A stretch of 64,000 nucleotides of DNA from Promethearchaeota archaeon (lineage in GTDB: Archaea; Asgardarchaeota; Lokiarchaeia; Sigyniarchaeales; SOKP01), in the NCBI GenBank assembly GCA_016839915.1, contig JAEOTH010000151.1, forward strand, positions 139 to 64,138. The letters are read 5' to 3'. Every line of letters starts with the position of its first letter. The first letter of the stretch is position 1. The translations under genes were made by a program, and so were the position numbers. Positions 19,535-29,782 of this stretch are shown one piece after another. The notes under the pieces were generated by a model, which worked only from the letters and a program-made list of their open reading frames with translations, made no database searches and was not told the origin of the DNA.

Positions 19535-20614
19535 CTATATTTTAATTTTTTTAAAATAATTATTTATTTGCTTTACATCAAATTCATAATTAACCTCTTC
19601 TTCCATATACCATTTACATAAAAACTTAATTGTATCATCAATAGAAAGTTCAGGTTTCCAGTCTAAGTATTTTCTAGCTTTATTACTATTAATTATTAAC
19701 ATTTTTGTTTCATGAAAATTATCAGAATTTTGATTTGAAGGAGTTTCATATCGCCCTTTACCAAAAAATTTAATAATTTTAGTAATAATATCTCTAACTG
19801 TAAAAATTTGATTTTTAGTGGGCCCAAAATTCCAAGCACTTGAAAAAAGGGGGTCACCATCCCACATCTTAACAGTAAGCATGAGTAATCCTCGAATTGG
19901 TTCTAGAACATATTGCCAAGGTCTAATATAATCAGGATTTCTTATTAAAATATCCTGATCTACAAGAATAGCTCTCATGCAATCAGGAATTAACCGATAT
20001 TTTTGCCAATCTCCTCCACCAATAACGTTTCCACATCTTACTGATGATATATATTTAGGATCAAGATTCTTTTTAGGATTAAAGAAAGAGTTTCGATAAG
20101 CACCAGTAATTAATTCAGAACATGCTTTACTTGAACTATAAGGATCAAATCCTCCAAGTTTATCCTCTTCACTATATCCTCTTTCTATTTCAAAATTCTC
20201 ATATACCTTATCAGTTGTAAAATTGATTAATAATTTTGACGAATTTGATTTTCGAAAGGCTTCAAAAATATTAACAGTTCCTCCAATATTAATTTCATAT
20301 GTTTCCTTTGGAATTTCATATGATTTTCCAACAATTGGTTGAGCAGCTAAATGAAAAACAATATCTGGTTTATGATTTTTAAATATGGCTTTTACTTTAT
20401 CAAAATCTCTTACATCTCCAAGAATATGAACAATTTTTTCTGCGAGATTTGTAACTACAAAATTATCTTTAACGCTATAGGGAGGAAGAGCGTATCCAAT
20501 AACTTTAGCAGATAATTCATTTAGAATAATAGCCAACCAAGAACCAATGAATCCTGTGTGTCCTGTTATTAAAACCTTTTTTCCTTTAAAAAAATCTTTA
20601 AAATATTTATTCAT
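19535..20614 (-). CDS. rfbG: CDP-glucose 4,6-dehydratase
   Basis: LITGHTGFIGSWL, FHLAAQPIV, TTDKVYEN, LGGFDPYSSSK, GNVIGGGDW, RPWQYVLEP, WNFGP. Confidence 0.93.
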   Translation of the reverse strand: MNKYFKDFFKGKKVLITGHTGFIGSWLAIILNELSAKVIGYALPPYSVKDNFVVTNLAEKIVHILGDVRDFDKVKAIFKNHKPDIVFHLAAQPIVGKSYEIPKETYEINIGGTVNIFEAFRKSNSSKLLINFTTDKVYENFEIERGYSEEDKLGGFDPYSSSKACSELITGAYRNSFFNPKKNLDPKYISSVRCGNVIGGGDWQKYRLIPDCMRAILVDQDILIRNPDYIRPWQYVLEPIRGLLMLTVKMWDGDPLFSSAWNFGPTKNQIFTVRDIITKIIKFFGKGRYETPSNQNSDNFHETKMLIINSNKARKYLDWKPELSIDDTIKFLCKWYMEEEVNYEFDVKQINNYFKKIKI

Positions 20615-20758
20615 TACCTAATCTTCCCAATTACTTGATTATTATTCCATAATTTATTCAAATTACATTTTTTCATTTTTTACCAATGATTTCAGAATTA
20701 ATTCAGTTTGGCGCCCCAGTTAAGTACCCCATCCTCCAGCTAAAATTATAACTTTCAA
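20614..20758 (-). pseudogene. Collapsed remnant of a glucose-1-phosphate cytidylyltransferase (rfbF) gene
   Basis: The minus strand reads (TTG)KVIILAGGWGT*LGRQTELILKSLV and then, in another frame, LNKLWNNNQVIGKIR*. These match both termini of the intact rfbF at 23357-24130. Its TAA overlaps the rfbG ATG. Confidence 0.85.
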
Positions 20759-20921
20759 TATAACTTCATTTTTACTATAATGATTTTACTTAATATAATA
20801 TTCCCTTAATTATATTAGTTACATCAATTTTCTTTATGATTTTATAAATAAAGAAAAATTCTTTGTGTAAACACTCATTAGTGCCTTTGTTAGGAAAAAG
20901 AATTTTTAGATCATAACTAAA

Positions 20922-21983
20922 ATGAAAGAAAAATCAATTGATAAAGTAAAAAATGAAGATCTTGTTCGAATTTACGAAATGCAAAATGCATTATTAAAAT
21001 CCCGAAAAGAAATTCTACCATCTAAATATTGGATTATGATAAATAAACGAAATATTGAACAACTAAAAAAATTTGGCTATAAAAATTTTAAAATAACTTT
21101 AGCAAGAAATTATTTTACCTGGATATCTGCGGGAAGAAAATTCTGGAAAGAAGATCAATTTGATTTTTTATTATCAAAACTTCCTCGTCATTTAATTTTT
21201 ATTAATTTTTTCCGTAGTTTTCGATCATTTTTTAAGATTGGCAATAAAAATTTATCATCCCTTAAAACGTTTAAATATATTTTATTAACTTATATGATTT
21301 GGGAATTTGTTTCAAGAAATGGTGGCGAAAATATTTTTAATAAATTGGATGAACCATTAGAGGGAAATCCTATAAAACTTTTTAGAAAGAAAAAGTTAAT
21401 TACTCAAGATCTTGCTAATTCTGTATTAGAGTATAAATCGGTTATGGATCATATTAAAAAAGACGAGATTAACTCTATTTTGGAATTAGGCTCAGGGTAT
21501 GGGCGCACCGCTTATGTTTTTTTAAAATTATTACCGAATATAAAATATATATTTGTTGATATACCCCCTGCTCTATTTATAGCTGAAAAATATATTTCGA
21601 ATCAATTTAAAAATGAAGTAGTTTTTAAATTTCGAACATTTAATTCGTATAACGAGATCAAAGGTGAATTTGAGAAATCTCGCATAGCATTTTTTCTACC
21701 TAATCAACTTGATTTACTTCCTCCAAAAAGTGTCAATTTATTTATTAATATATCTTCTTTCCATGAAATGCGACCTGATCAAATTAATTATTACTTTAGT
21801 TGTATAGACAAATTGATTAAGAAATATATATATATAAAACAGTGGAAGTTTACAAAAGTTCCATATGAAAACATAACATTGACAGAAAAAGACTACCCTA
21901 TTCGAAAAAATTGGAAAAAAATTTATTGGAGAGAATGTAAAGTACAAACTAGGTTTTTCGAAGCACTTCTCCATATACAATAA
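20922..21983 (+). CDS. Putative sugar O-methyltransferase
   Basis: PSKYW, EPLEGNP, TQDLANSVLEY, ILELGSGYGRTA, VDIPPAL, LFINISSFHEM. Confidence 0.8.
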   Translation: MKEKSIDKVKNEDLVRIYEMQNALLKSRKEILPSKYWIMINKRNIEQLKKFGYKNFKITLARNYFTWISAGRKFWKEDQFDFLLSKLPRHLIFINFFRSFRSFFKIGNKNLSSLKTFKYILLTYMIWEFVSRNGGENIFNKLDEPLEGNPIKLFRKKKLITQDLANSVLEYKSVMDHIKKDEINSILELGSGYGRTAYVFLKLLPNIKYIFVDIPPALFIAEKYISNQFKNEVVFKFRTFNSYNEIKGEFEKSRIAFFLPNQLDLLPPKSVNLFINISSFHEMRPDQINYYFSCIDKLIKKYIYIKQWKFTKVPYENITLTEKDYPIRKNWKKIYWRECKVQTRFFEALLHIQ

Positions 21984-22021
21984 CTCTTGGAATTTTTTTT
22001 AAAAGAAACAAATTCACAAAA

Positions 22022-23266
22022 TTAGCTACTTTTCTTTTTAAGTTTTCCTTTGAAAAAAATATAATGTATAGGAATTCTGATAATGATAAAAGCATCAATA
22101 TATAAAAAAAAAATCAATTTTAAAAAAAAGATAAAAGAATACTTCTCATAATTCTTTTTATCAACTAACGAAATGAAAAATAAAAACTTTCGAATCTTAA
22201 TCAGATAAAAGTATAAGAGAATTAAAGACCCTATAAAGAATAAACCAAAATCTAAAAAGTAAAGAAATGGAAATATTAGGATAACTAATGAAATAAAATA
22301 TAACAAAAAAAACTTGATTAATCTTATTTTTTTATATTTATAAGAATATATAAGAGAGTTTTCAATCCATATAGTTTTCTGACGTATATATTCATTTATA
22401 GTCCCTGAATAATCTACATATATTCTATGACGATAATCTCTTAACTGATATGCTTTATATCCTTTAGAAAAAGTATCAAAGCCCATTGAGCGGTCGGTAG
22501 CTATATTCTGATTTTCTGTAAATAGCCCAATTGATTTTATGATTTCATATTTTAAGCAAAAATTTTGACCAGTAATTGTTTTATTATTAGAATATCTTGA
22601 ATATTTAAATCGAAAAGATGTAAATCTATCGAATAATAAATATTTTACAAAATCATTATTCTCTTGACTTTTTATAGGTCTAACTCCCCCGACTACGAGA
22701 TCTTCATTAAGATTAATTATCGGATAGATTACTCTTAATAAAATTTCATCATTTAGATAACTGTCTGCATCAATAAAATATACTATCCCTTCATTGATAT
22801 ATTTAATACATTCATTTATTGCTTTTACTTTTCCCAGTGAAGGCCTATCAGCTCCACCTTTTTGGTGTAAGATAATAAATCTATCAAATTTCTTAAAAGA
22901 ATTAGCAATTTCAAGGGTTTCTTCATTACCCCCTGCGTTTACAATTATTTTTAAATTGGGATAAGATAAATTATTTAATGAGCAAAGACATTCTTTAAAT
23001 AATTGTCCTTCTTTCCAAGCAGGTATAATAATATTTACTTGAGGTTTACTTTTTAAATCATTTAATGAGATCGATTCTGGATCATAATATTTCTTAAAAA
23101 ATCTAAGGTATTTCCTATCTCTTAGAACATATAAAAACAAATGAATAGAAAATATTATAAAAATTAATATTAAAATAACATAGATATTTTTTAATAGATT
23201 TAATAAACTAATTATAAACTCCAATAAATTAATAGCTAAATCTATAATAAACATCTGAGTTATCAA
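22022..23266 (-). CDS. Membrane-bound glycosyltransferase family 2
   Basis: N- and C-terminal TM segments, IIIPAWKE, GKVKAIN, FIDAD, a TD motif and RQKTIW (QxxRW-like). Confidence 0.82.
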   Translation of the reverse strand: MITQMFIIDLAINLLEFIISLLNLLKNIYVILILIFIIFSIHLFLYVLRDRKYLRFFKKYYDPESISLNDLKSKPQVNIIIPAWKEGQLFKECLCSLNNLSYPNLKIIVNAGGNEETLEIANSFKKFDRFIILHQKGGADRPSLGKVKAINECIKYINEGIVYFIDADSYLNDEILLRVIYPIINLNEDLVVGGVRPIKSQENNDFVKYLLFDRFTSFRFKYSRYSNNKTITGQNFCLKYEIIKSIGLFTENQNIATDRSMGFDTFSKGYKAYQLRDYRHRIYVDYSGTINEYIRQKTIWIENSLIYSYKYKKIRLIKFFLLYFISLVILIFPFLYFLDFGLFFIGSLILLYFYLIKIRKFLFFISLVDKKNYEKYSFIFFLKLIFFLYIDAFIIIRIPIHYIFFKGKLKKKSS

Positions 23267-23356
23267 ATTTTGTGTATTTTTTAATCGTTTCTAAGACTCT
23301 TTCTTTTATATCCAAGAAGATTTTGTGCTTTTTTTTATTCAGAAAGATTCTTAGCA

Positions 23357-24130
23357 CTACCAAATCTTCCAAAATGCTTGGTTATTATTCCATAATTTAT
23401 TTAAATGATCCAAATCTCTTTCATGATCCATACATGCCCAATTACCTTCATGTTTATAAACCATAACTTCTCCCTTGGAAGTTAAATCCTCCAATATCCC
23501 ATATTCTAAATCACAGTCTTCATCAGGTGTTATATAATCTAAAAATTTATTATTAAAAACCATAAAACCTCCATTTATTAACCCAACTGAAGTTTGAGGT
23601 TTCTCCTGAAAAGATTTTAATTCTCCATCTTCTTCAGTAAGTTCTCCAAAACGAGCAGGAGCATGAACTCCCGTAATGGTAAAGATTTTATTATGAGATT
23701 TATGGAATTCGACTAAATTTTTAATGTTTATGTCTGCTACCCCATCTCCATAAGTTACCATATTTATATCAGGATTTAAATATTTCTCAACTCTTTTTAT
23801 TCTTCCACCTTTAAGTGTGTTTATGCCAGTATCTATTAAAGAAATTTTCCAATTTGTTTCATCACTATTACTGTAAATTTCAATATTTTTTTTTTTCAGA
23901 TCTATTGCAAAATCATTGTTATAATATTCATAGTGATAGAAATAGTCCTTAATAATATCTCCTTTTACACCTAAGCATATAACAAAATCATTGAAACCAT
24001 AATAAGAATAGATTTTCATGATATGCCATAGCATAGGTTTGTTACCTATTCGTACCATTGGTTTTGGAATTAACTCTGTTCGACGACCAAGTCTAGTACC
24101 CCATCCACCAGCTAAAATTATGACCTTCAA
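23357..24130 (-). CDS. rfbF: Glucose-1-phosphate cytidylyltransferase
   Basis: ILAGGWGTRL, PKPMVRIG.KPMLWHIMKIYS, DTG..TLKGGRIKR, TYGDGVADI, INGGFMV. Confidence 0.93.
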   Translation of the reverse strand: MKVIILAGGWGTRLGRRTELIPKPMVRIGNKPMLWHIMKIYSYYGFNDFVICLGVKGDIIKDYFYHYEYYNNDFAIDLKKKNIEIYSNSDETNWKISLIDTGINTLKGGRIKRVEKYLNPDINMVTYGDGVADINIKNLVEFHKSHNKIFTITGVHAPARFGELTEEDGELKSFQEKPQTSVGLINGGFMVFNNKFLDYITPDEDCDLEYGILEDLTSKGEVMVYKHEGNWACMDHERDLDHLNKLWNNNQAFWKIW

Positions 24131-24377
24131 TTCATTTTCCTATTTTTTTATAATTACATATTAACTAACAATCAAAAATTATCACTTCTTACAAATTCTA
24201 TAAATTCACTTTTTTTCTTATATTTTTCTCAAATTTAGGATTTTATTTGATTAAAATTCACAAAAATTAACTTAATAATAAGAAAAAAAGTATTATAGTA
24301 TAAAATTCTAGTTTTAAAGAAATTAAAAAACAAAATATGATTTTATAACATATTCAAATCAGGTTGATATCACATCG

Positions 24378-25190
24378 ATGATGAAAGGATATATTAATAA
24401 ATTTTTAATTACAATCAAAAATGGAAGTTTTAACAATAGATTATTTCGTAATATCGTTGCTAAAATTAGATTATTAATATTTTATATTCTATCAATTCTT
24501 GCCAGTATAGATCTTAAAATAGAAGTATCAAGATGCAAAAACTTTGAAGATTACATTAATTTAGGTTTATATTACGAGTATACTCCAATTAAAAGATTAC
24601 TTTTTAAAATTATATTTAGAACATTTCAAAACAAAGAAGAAATAAGCAAATTTATTAAAATTATAGCAAAAGAACGCCCAAAATTAGTTCTCGAAATTGG
24701 GACTGCCAGAGGAGGTTCTTTATTTTTATTAACAAAATTTTCTAATAGTAATTCACATATTATAAGTCTAGATTTACCAGGAGGTATCCATGGAGGTGGA
24801 TATCCTCGACCATTTAAAATATTTTATAAATCATTTAAACTTAAGAATCAAAAAATCACTTTTATTAGGAAGGATTCTCATAATCCTTCTACATTATTAA
24901 AAGTGAAGAAGATAATAAACAAAAGAAAGATTGATATTCTCTTTATTGATGGAGATCATACATATAATGGTGTAAAAAAAGATTTTGAAATGTATAGTCC
25001 TCTTGTCAAGAAAAATGGTTTAGTTGCATTCCATGATATTACTGTTCAACAACCTAGATTAAATTGTCAAGTACATATATTCTGGAATGAGATAAAAAAT
25101 AATTTTGATTTTGAAGAAATTATTGGGAGAGAAAAATCTTATACTAGGAATGAAAAAATATATGGCATTGGTATTATTAGATTTAAATGA
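24378..25190 (+). CDS. Class I SAM-dependent methyltransferase (Methyltransf_24-like)
   Basis: VLEIGTARGGS, SLDLPGG..GGGY, LFIDGDHTYNGVKKDFEMYSPLV, AFHDI; paralog of 44931..45695. Confidence 0.88.
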   Translation: MMKGYINKFLITIKNGSFNNRLFRNIVAKIRLLIFYILSILASIDLKIEVSRCKNFEDYINLGLYYEYTPIKRLLFKIIFRTFQNKEEISKFIKIIAKERPKLVLEIGTARGGSLFLLTKFSNSNSHIISLDLPGGIHGGGYPRPFKIFYKSFKLKNQKITFIRKDSHNPSTLLKVKKIINKRKIDILFIDGDHTYNGVKKDFEMYSPLVKKNGLVAFHDITVQQPRLNCQVHIFWNEIKNNFDFEEIIGREKSYTRNEKIYGIGIIRFK

Positions 25191-25197
25191 AAGAAAT

Positions 25198-26628
25198 TCA
25201 CTGAATTTTCTTAGTTTTTTTAAGATCTTTAATTATATTACTTATTTTAGTTCTCTCTGTAATTTGAGAAAATTTTATTCTTAATAAATCTTTAAAAAGT
25301 TTCACAATTTCAGGCTTTTCAGATACTAAATTTTGAATTTCATTTGGATCTTTTTCAAGATCATATAATTCTTCAATACCACCATGAATTTTACCACAAT
25401 ACTCACATAAAGCATTCTTTTCTGAATCTGAATAAATATATTTGTATTTTTTTGTTCTAATAGCTTTTTTTTGTTGTGTATGATATTCTTCGATAAAGAT
25501 TAACTCCCTCAAATCGTCTACATTTTCAATTACATCTAAAAGAGATTTTCCATCTAAATCCTGTGTATGTAATATTCCTAGATAATCTAAAAGAGTGGGT
25601 GTAATATCAATATGTTGTACAAAATTATCAATAATTTTATGGTTATAGTTAGGAAGTCTAATAATGAGTGGAACACGAATGCTCACATCATAAAGACCAT
25701 GATGATCAAAATAGATTTCGTGTTCTAAAAGACTCTCACCATGATCAGAAGTAATTAAAATTATGGTATTATCATATATGTTTTGTTGTTTCAAAATTTT
25801 TAATATTTTTCCAATTTCTTTATCAACAAATTTAATACAGGCATCATATCTTAGTAACATCTCTTTACACGATTTAATACCCGTTGTGAACTTTTTTAAT
25901 CGTGACTTCCATAAACCATTGATACTTTCTAATATCCAATCGATTGTGCAATCACTTTCATAAGTCCAATCTTCTAATTCTTTTAAATCATCAATTGGAG
26001 GTTCATAAGGCATATGAACACCCCAATAATGTAAGAAAATAAAAAAAGGTGATTTTTTTTTTGAAAATTCAATTATCTTGTCTTGAGCAATTTTTGTATA
26101 ATGTATATCCCTTGTATATTTTAATGGTTTATAATTTCTTGATGAATATCCAGATTTAATTCTAGATTTAACAGCTACCTTTTTAATAAATTCTAATATC
26201 TTAGGGGAAAATAATTTAAGCTTTTTTTTAATATTTCCTTTAAAAGATGGATCCTGATATCTTGACAGAAAATCGTCAAATCCTTCATGGTACATTCTTT
26301 TTATAAAATCTATGCAAATTGAATTATAACCTTTTCTAGCTAAAATTTCTTGCAAAAAATCTGACCTTAATCTATTCAAAACCTCAATTTCTGTATCATC
26401 TACTTTATTTCCATGAGATGTTAAACCATGACTACTTGGGTATTGCCCTGTAAGTAGAGAAATTAAGGAAGGATCAGTTGTATTAATTGTAGAGAATGCA
26501 TTCTTAAATACTATATTTTCTGAAGCAAATTTATCAATATTAGGAGTGGTTGATTTATTATATCCATAGAATGAAACATTTTTCATTCTCATAGCATCTA
26601 TTATAATTAAGATAATGTTTGGAAGCAT
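25198..26628 (-). CDS. Sulfatase-like hydrolase/transferase (AlkP superfamily), Thr at the nucleophile position
   Basis: PNIILIIIDAMR, INTTDPSLISLLTG (no CxPxR), HYWGVHMPY, TSDHGESL.EH..YFDHHG, ELYDLEKDP.E; no signal peptide. Confidence 0.88.
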   Translation of the reverse strand: MLPNIILIIIDAMRMKNVSFYGYNKSTTPNIDKFASENIVFKNAFSTINTTDPSLISLLTGQYPSSHGLTSHGNKVDDTEIEVLNRLRSDFLQEILARKGYNSICIDFIKRMYHEGFDDFLSRYQDPSFKGNIKKKLKLFSPKILEFIKKVAVKSRIKSGYSSRNYKPLKYTRDIHYTKIAQDKIIEFSKKKSPFFIFLHYWGVHMPYEPPIDDLKELEDWTYESDCTIDWILESINGLWKSRLKKFTTGIKSCKEMLLRYDACIKFVDKEIGKILKILKQQNIYDNTIILITSDHGESLLEHEIYFDHHGLYDVSIRVPLIIRLPNYNHKIIDNFVQHIDITPTLLDYLGILHTQDLDGKSLLDVIENVDDLRELIFIEEYHTQQKKAIRTKKYKYIYSDSEKNALCEYCGKIHGGIEELYDLEKDPNEIQNLVSEKPEIVKLFKDLLRIKFSQITERTKISNIIKDLKKTKKIQ

Positions 26629-26842
26629 TATTTAATCTACTGTGTTACTTTGAAGTTTTTTATGTAGTTTTTAAGGAGATTATTATTTGTTTTATAAAAA
26701 AAATTTCTAAAAACCTAAATGAATATTTTCATTTATTCTCTAAAATTGATTAAAACAAAAATGTGTTTATAAAAGCTATCTATGTTTATAAAAACCTCTG
26801 ATTTGATATATTTTAATTTTTAATTCTTACTTAAATGTAATT

Positions 26843-28495
26843 ATGTCAAGTAATGGAAATACTAAAGAAAGACGAAAAATTACTGTTGAACAAAGAATTT
26901 TAGCTAAAAATTCAGTCCTCTCCTTTATAATTACTTATAGTAATTATTTCTCTTCAATGGTTACTTCTTTTATGGTTGCTAGATTAATTACACAGGATGA
27001 ATGGGGATATTTAATACTAGCTACATCATATTTAATGATAATTTTAACTATATTAGGTTTCATACCTCCCGGATTATCTGCTTCTCTAAATTATTATATT
27101 CCGAGATATTTAGCTTTAAACCAGAAAGCAAAACTGAAATCCTTTATAAAAAATGCATTCATCATTAGGATATCTATTTTAACAGTAGCTTTTGTTATTA
27201 GTATAATAGTGTTTATATTCTTCTCTAATTTATTCTCAGTTAATTTATTTAAATATGAACATTTATTAGTTTTACTCTCTCCTCTTATCTTAATTGATGG
27301 AATTGACAAAATGATCGGTGAAATGAATGTAAGCTTTAATCGATTTAATTTCGTTTTAATTCTTATTATGATTAAAAATCTTTTCAACATTTTTTTGTTA
27401 ATATTTTGTATAATTTTCTTTTATGATGTTCAATTAGAGACAATTGTTCTAATTAATATTATTACCGCAGCTATACCTTTTATAATTAATGCTCTCGTAT
27501 CAATTTTTTATTTAAGATCTAAATTTAGAGATGTTGAAGATGAAATACATACTTTGAAAGAAACTATAAAGGATATATCTATTTACGGAACTCATTTGAG
27601 TATTACAAATTTACTTGATAGATTTGCTGGTGAGATTAGAGTTCAAACAATAGGGATATTTGGGACTACTGACTTTGTAACTGGATATAATATAGGTAAT
27701 CATTATAGGGAAGTTTCAACAGGTTCAATTGGAGCATTGAATAAGCCACTAATAATCTCTTTTGCTGGCTTATACGCTACTAAAAAGCATGATCAAATCG
27801 ATAGAACTTATAGAGTACTGTTAAAATATATGATATTTATGCAATTAGTAATTACTGGATTCTTGATATTCTTTACTGATTTTTATCTCTCTTTTATCTA
27901 TGGTGCATCCTATCTAAAATTTTCATTATTAGTAAAACTGATTTTAATATCAATAGCATTTAGAGTGCCTGTCACATATTTTTTCAGTCTTTTAAAAGCT
28001 AGTGAAAAAGTAAAAAATTTAATACCTATAAATTTTGTTCTTACTATAGCCAGTCTTTCTTTTTTTTTATTTGGATTAATTTATTTTGGAGTTATAGGGG
28101 CAATTGTAGGAATAATTATAATAAATTGTATAACAACAATCTTCATTCTTGTAGCTACTTTAAGAATTCTTAAAATAAAAGTAGATGCTAAAATGACACT
28201 TCTTCAGTTTTCTATTTTTTTCATTGCAGTTATTATTTCTCTAATAATGGAGACCCTATTCTTAAATAACCTCAATTTAATGATACTTCAAACTTTAAAT
28301 CTGACTTTTTTTGAAAAATTTAATTTCTTTTCTTTAGGGACATTTCTAATAATTTTTTTAACTTTAAACATATTTTTAAAAATACTTACTCGTTCTGACA
28401 TTGAAAGAATAGAAACTTTTTTTGATAAACCAACATTCAGTCATAGAACAATTCGAAAAGGATTAGGCTTTTTAAAAAAAATTTTTAAAAAATAA
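26843..28495 (+). CDS. Oligosaccharide flippase (Wzx/MOP family)
   Basis: About 14 hydrophobic segments; LAKNS...ARLITQDEWG...LNYYIPRY pattern; lies in the glycan cluster. Confidence 0.85.
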   Translation: MSSNGNTKERRKITVEQRILAKNSVLSFIITYSNYFSSMVTSFMVARLITQDEWGYLILATSYLMIILTILGFIPPGLSASLNYYIPRYLALNQKAKLKSFIKNAFIIRISILTVAFVISIIVFIFFSNLFSVNLFKYEHLLVLLSPLILIDGIDKMIGEMNVSFNRFNFVLILIMIKNLFNIFLLIFCIIFFYDVQLETIVLINIITAAIPFIINALVSIFYLRSKFRDVEDEIHTLKETIKDISIYGTHLSITNLLDRFAGEIRVQTIGIFGTTDFVTGYNIGNHYREVSTGSIGALNKPLIISFAGLYATKKHDQIDRTYRVLLKYMIFMQLVITGFLIFFTDFYLSFIYGASYLKFSLLVKLILISIAFRVPVTYFFSLLKASEKVKNLIPINFVLTIASLSFFLFGLIYFGVIGAIVGIIIINCITTIFILVATLRILKIKVDAKMTLLQFSIFFIAVIISLIMETLFLNNLNLMILQTLNLTFFEKFNFFSLGTFLIIFLTLNIFLKILTRSDIERIETFFDKPTFSHRTIRKGLGFLKKIFKK

Positions 28496-28534
28496 ATCAA
28501 TTACATTCTCAATTCAAATTTAGGTATTTAAATA

Positions 28535-29644
28535 TTGCGAAGCAGTTTGGAAAAGATCATATATATTGGATTTTATAATGAAAATGTTTCTAGAAGTGTT
28601 AAATTTGCAAACCTTTTATTGAAAAAAAATGTGGAGGTAATTAAATATCAACTTACTAAAAGGGAGAGATTTTTCTTTTTAAAAAAGTTTAAAAGAGTTT
28701 TTCATAGAATTTTAAAAGAAAGAATAGATGCAATAATTTACTTCTCTGATTTCTTTTCACCAATAATTCTTTTTTTAAAATTATTAACAAAACTAAAAAG
28801 AATTCCGTTAATAAATAAATTTGACATTTCTGGTCTTTATTTTAAATTAGATCGTAATTATAATAAAATTAGCACATTTCAGTATTTGAAATCTTATTTT
28901 TATGACAAAATTGAGCTTTTCTTGTCGGATATGATATTTTTTTTAACTCAAGCACAGCTTAATCATTTTCAGAAACGGTTTAATGTTAAAAAGAGGAAAT
29001 GTTATAGTATGTATCTTGGTACTAATGAATCAATCTTTTATCCCAGGAAAAAAGAAAAAAGATTTGAATACCCAATTATCGTAGGATATTGGGGATCATA
29101 CATTCCAATACATGGAGTGGAATATATTGTCGAAGCTGCTAAGATTTTAAAGGATGATGAAAATATTAAATTCTTAATGATGGGAAGAGGATCTAAACTT
29201 GATCACATTATTAGACAAAAGGAAAAATACAATTTAAGTAACTTAAATATCTTAGGATTTCTTCCTTTTAAGGAATTTATGGAAAATATGTCGAAAATTG
29301 ATATTAGTTTAGGGATATTTGGAAATTCAAAAAAATCAAATTGGTGTGTTACTAATAAAGTATATGAGGCTCTTGGTATGGGGCTTCCAGTTATAACACG
29401 TTTAAGTTCAGCTAATCTTGAATTATTTGGAAAAGAACAAAACATCTATTTCTGCAAACCGGCTGATCCAAGATCATTATCAAATGCTATTCATAAATTG
29501 GCCTATAATCGAGTCATTAGAGAGGAGATCGGGAAAAATGGCTATAATACATTCATTAAAAAATGCTCAGATTCAGTTCTTTCAAATGAGTTATATTTTT
29601 CTATTGATAATTATCTTAAGGGCAGAAATATTTCAAAACTATAA
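28535..29644 (+). CDS. Glycosyltransferase family 4
   Basis: YWGSYIPIHGVEYIVEAA, ISLGIFG, NKVYEALGMGLPVIT. Confidence 0.88.
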   Translation: MRSSLEKIIYIGFYNENVSRSVKFANLLLKKNVEVIKYQLTKRERFFFLKKFKRVFHRILKERIDAIIYFSDFFSPIILFLKLLTKLKRIPLINKFDISGLYFKLDRNYNKISTFQYLKSYFYDKIELFLSDMIFFLTQAQLNHFQKRFNVKKRKCYSMYLGTNESIFYPRKKEKRFEYPIIVGYWGSYIPIHGVEYIVEAAKILKDDENIKFLMMGRGSKLDHIIRQKEKYNLSNLNILGFLPFKEFMENMSKIDISLGIFGNSKKSNWCVTNKVYEALGMGLPVITRLSSANLELFGKEQNIYFCKPADPRSLSNAIHKLAYNRVIREEIGKNGYNTFIKKCSDSVLSNELYFSIDNYLKGRNISKL

Positions 29645-29782
29645 TTACCTTGTTTTTTCTCATAAAAATACAACTGAATTCTGCCAGTAAAAAAAAAGTT
29701 TTTTAATGATATATAATTATATTTAATTAAATACTAAATTTATTTTATCAAAAATAAAGAAAAAAGTAAAGTTGAAATTTAT

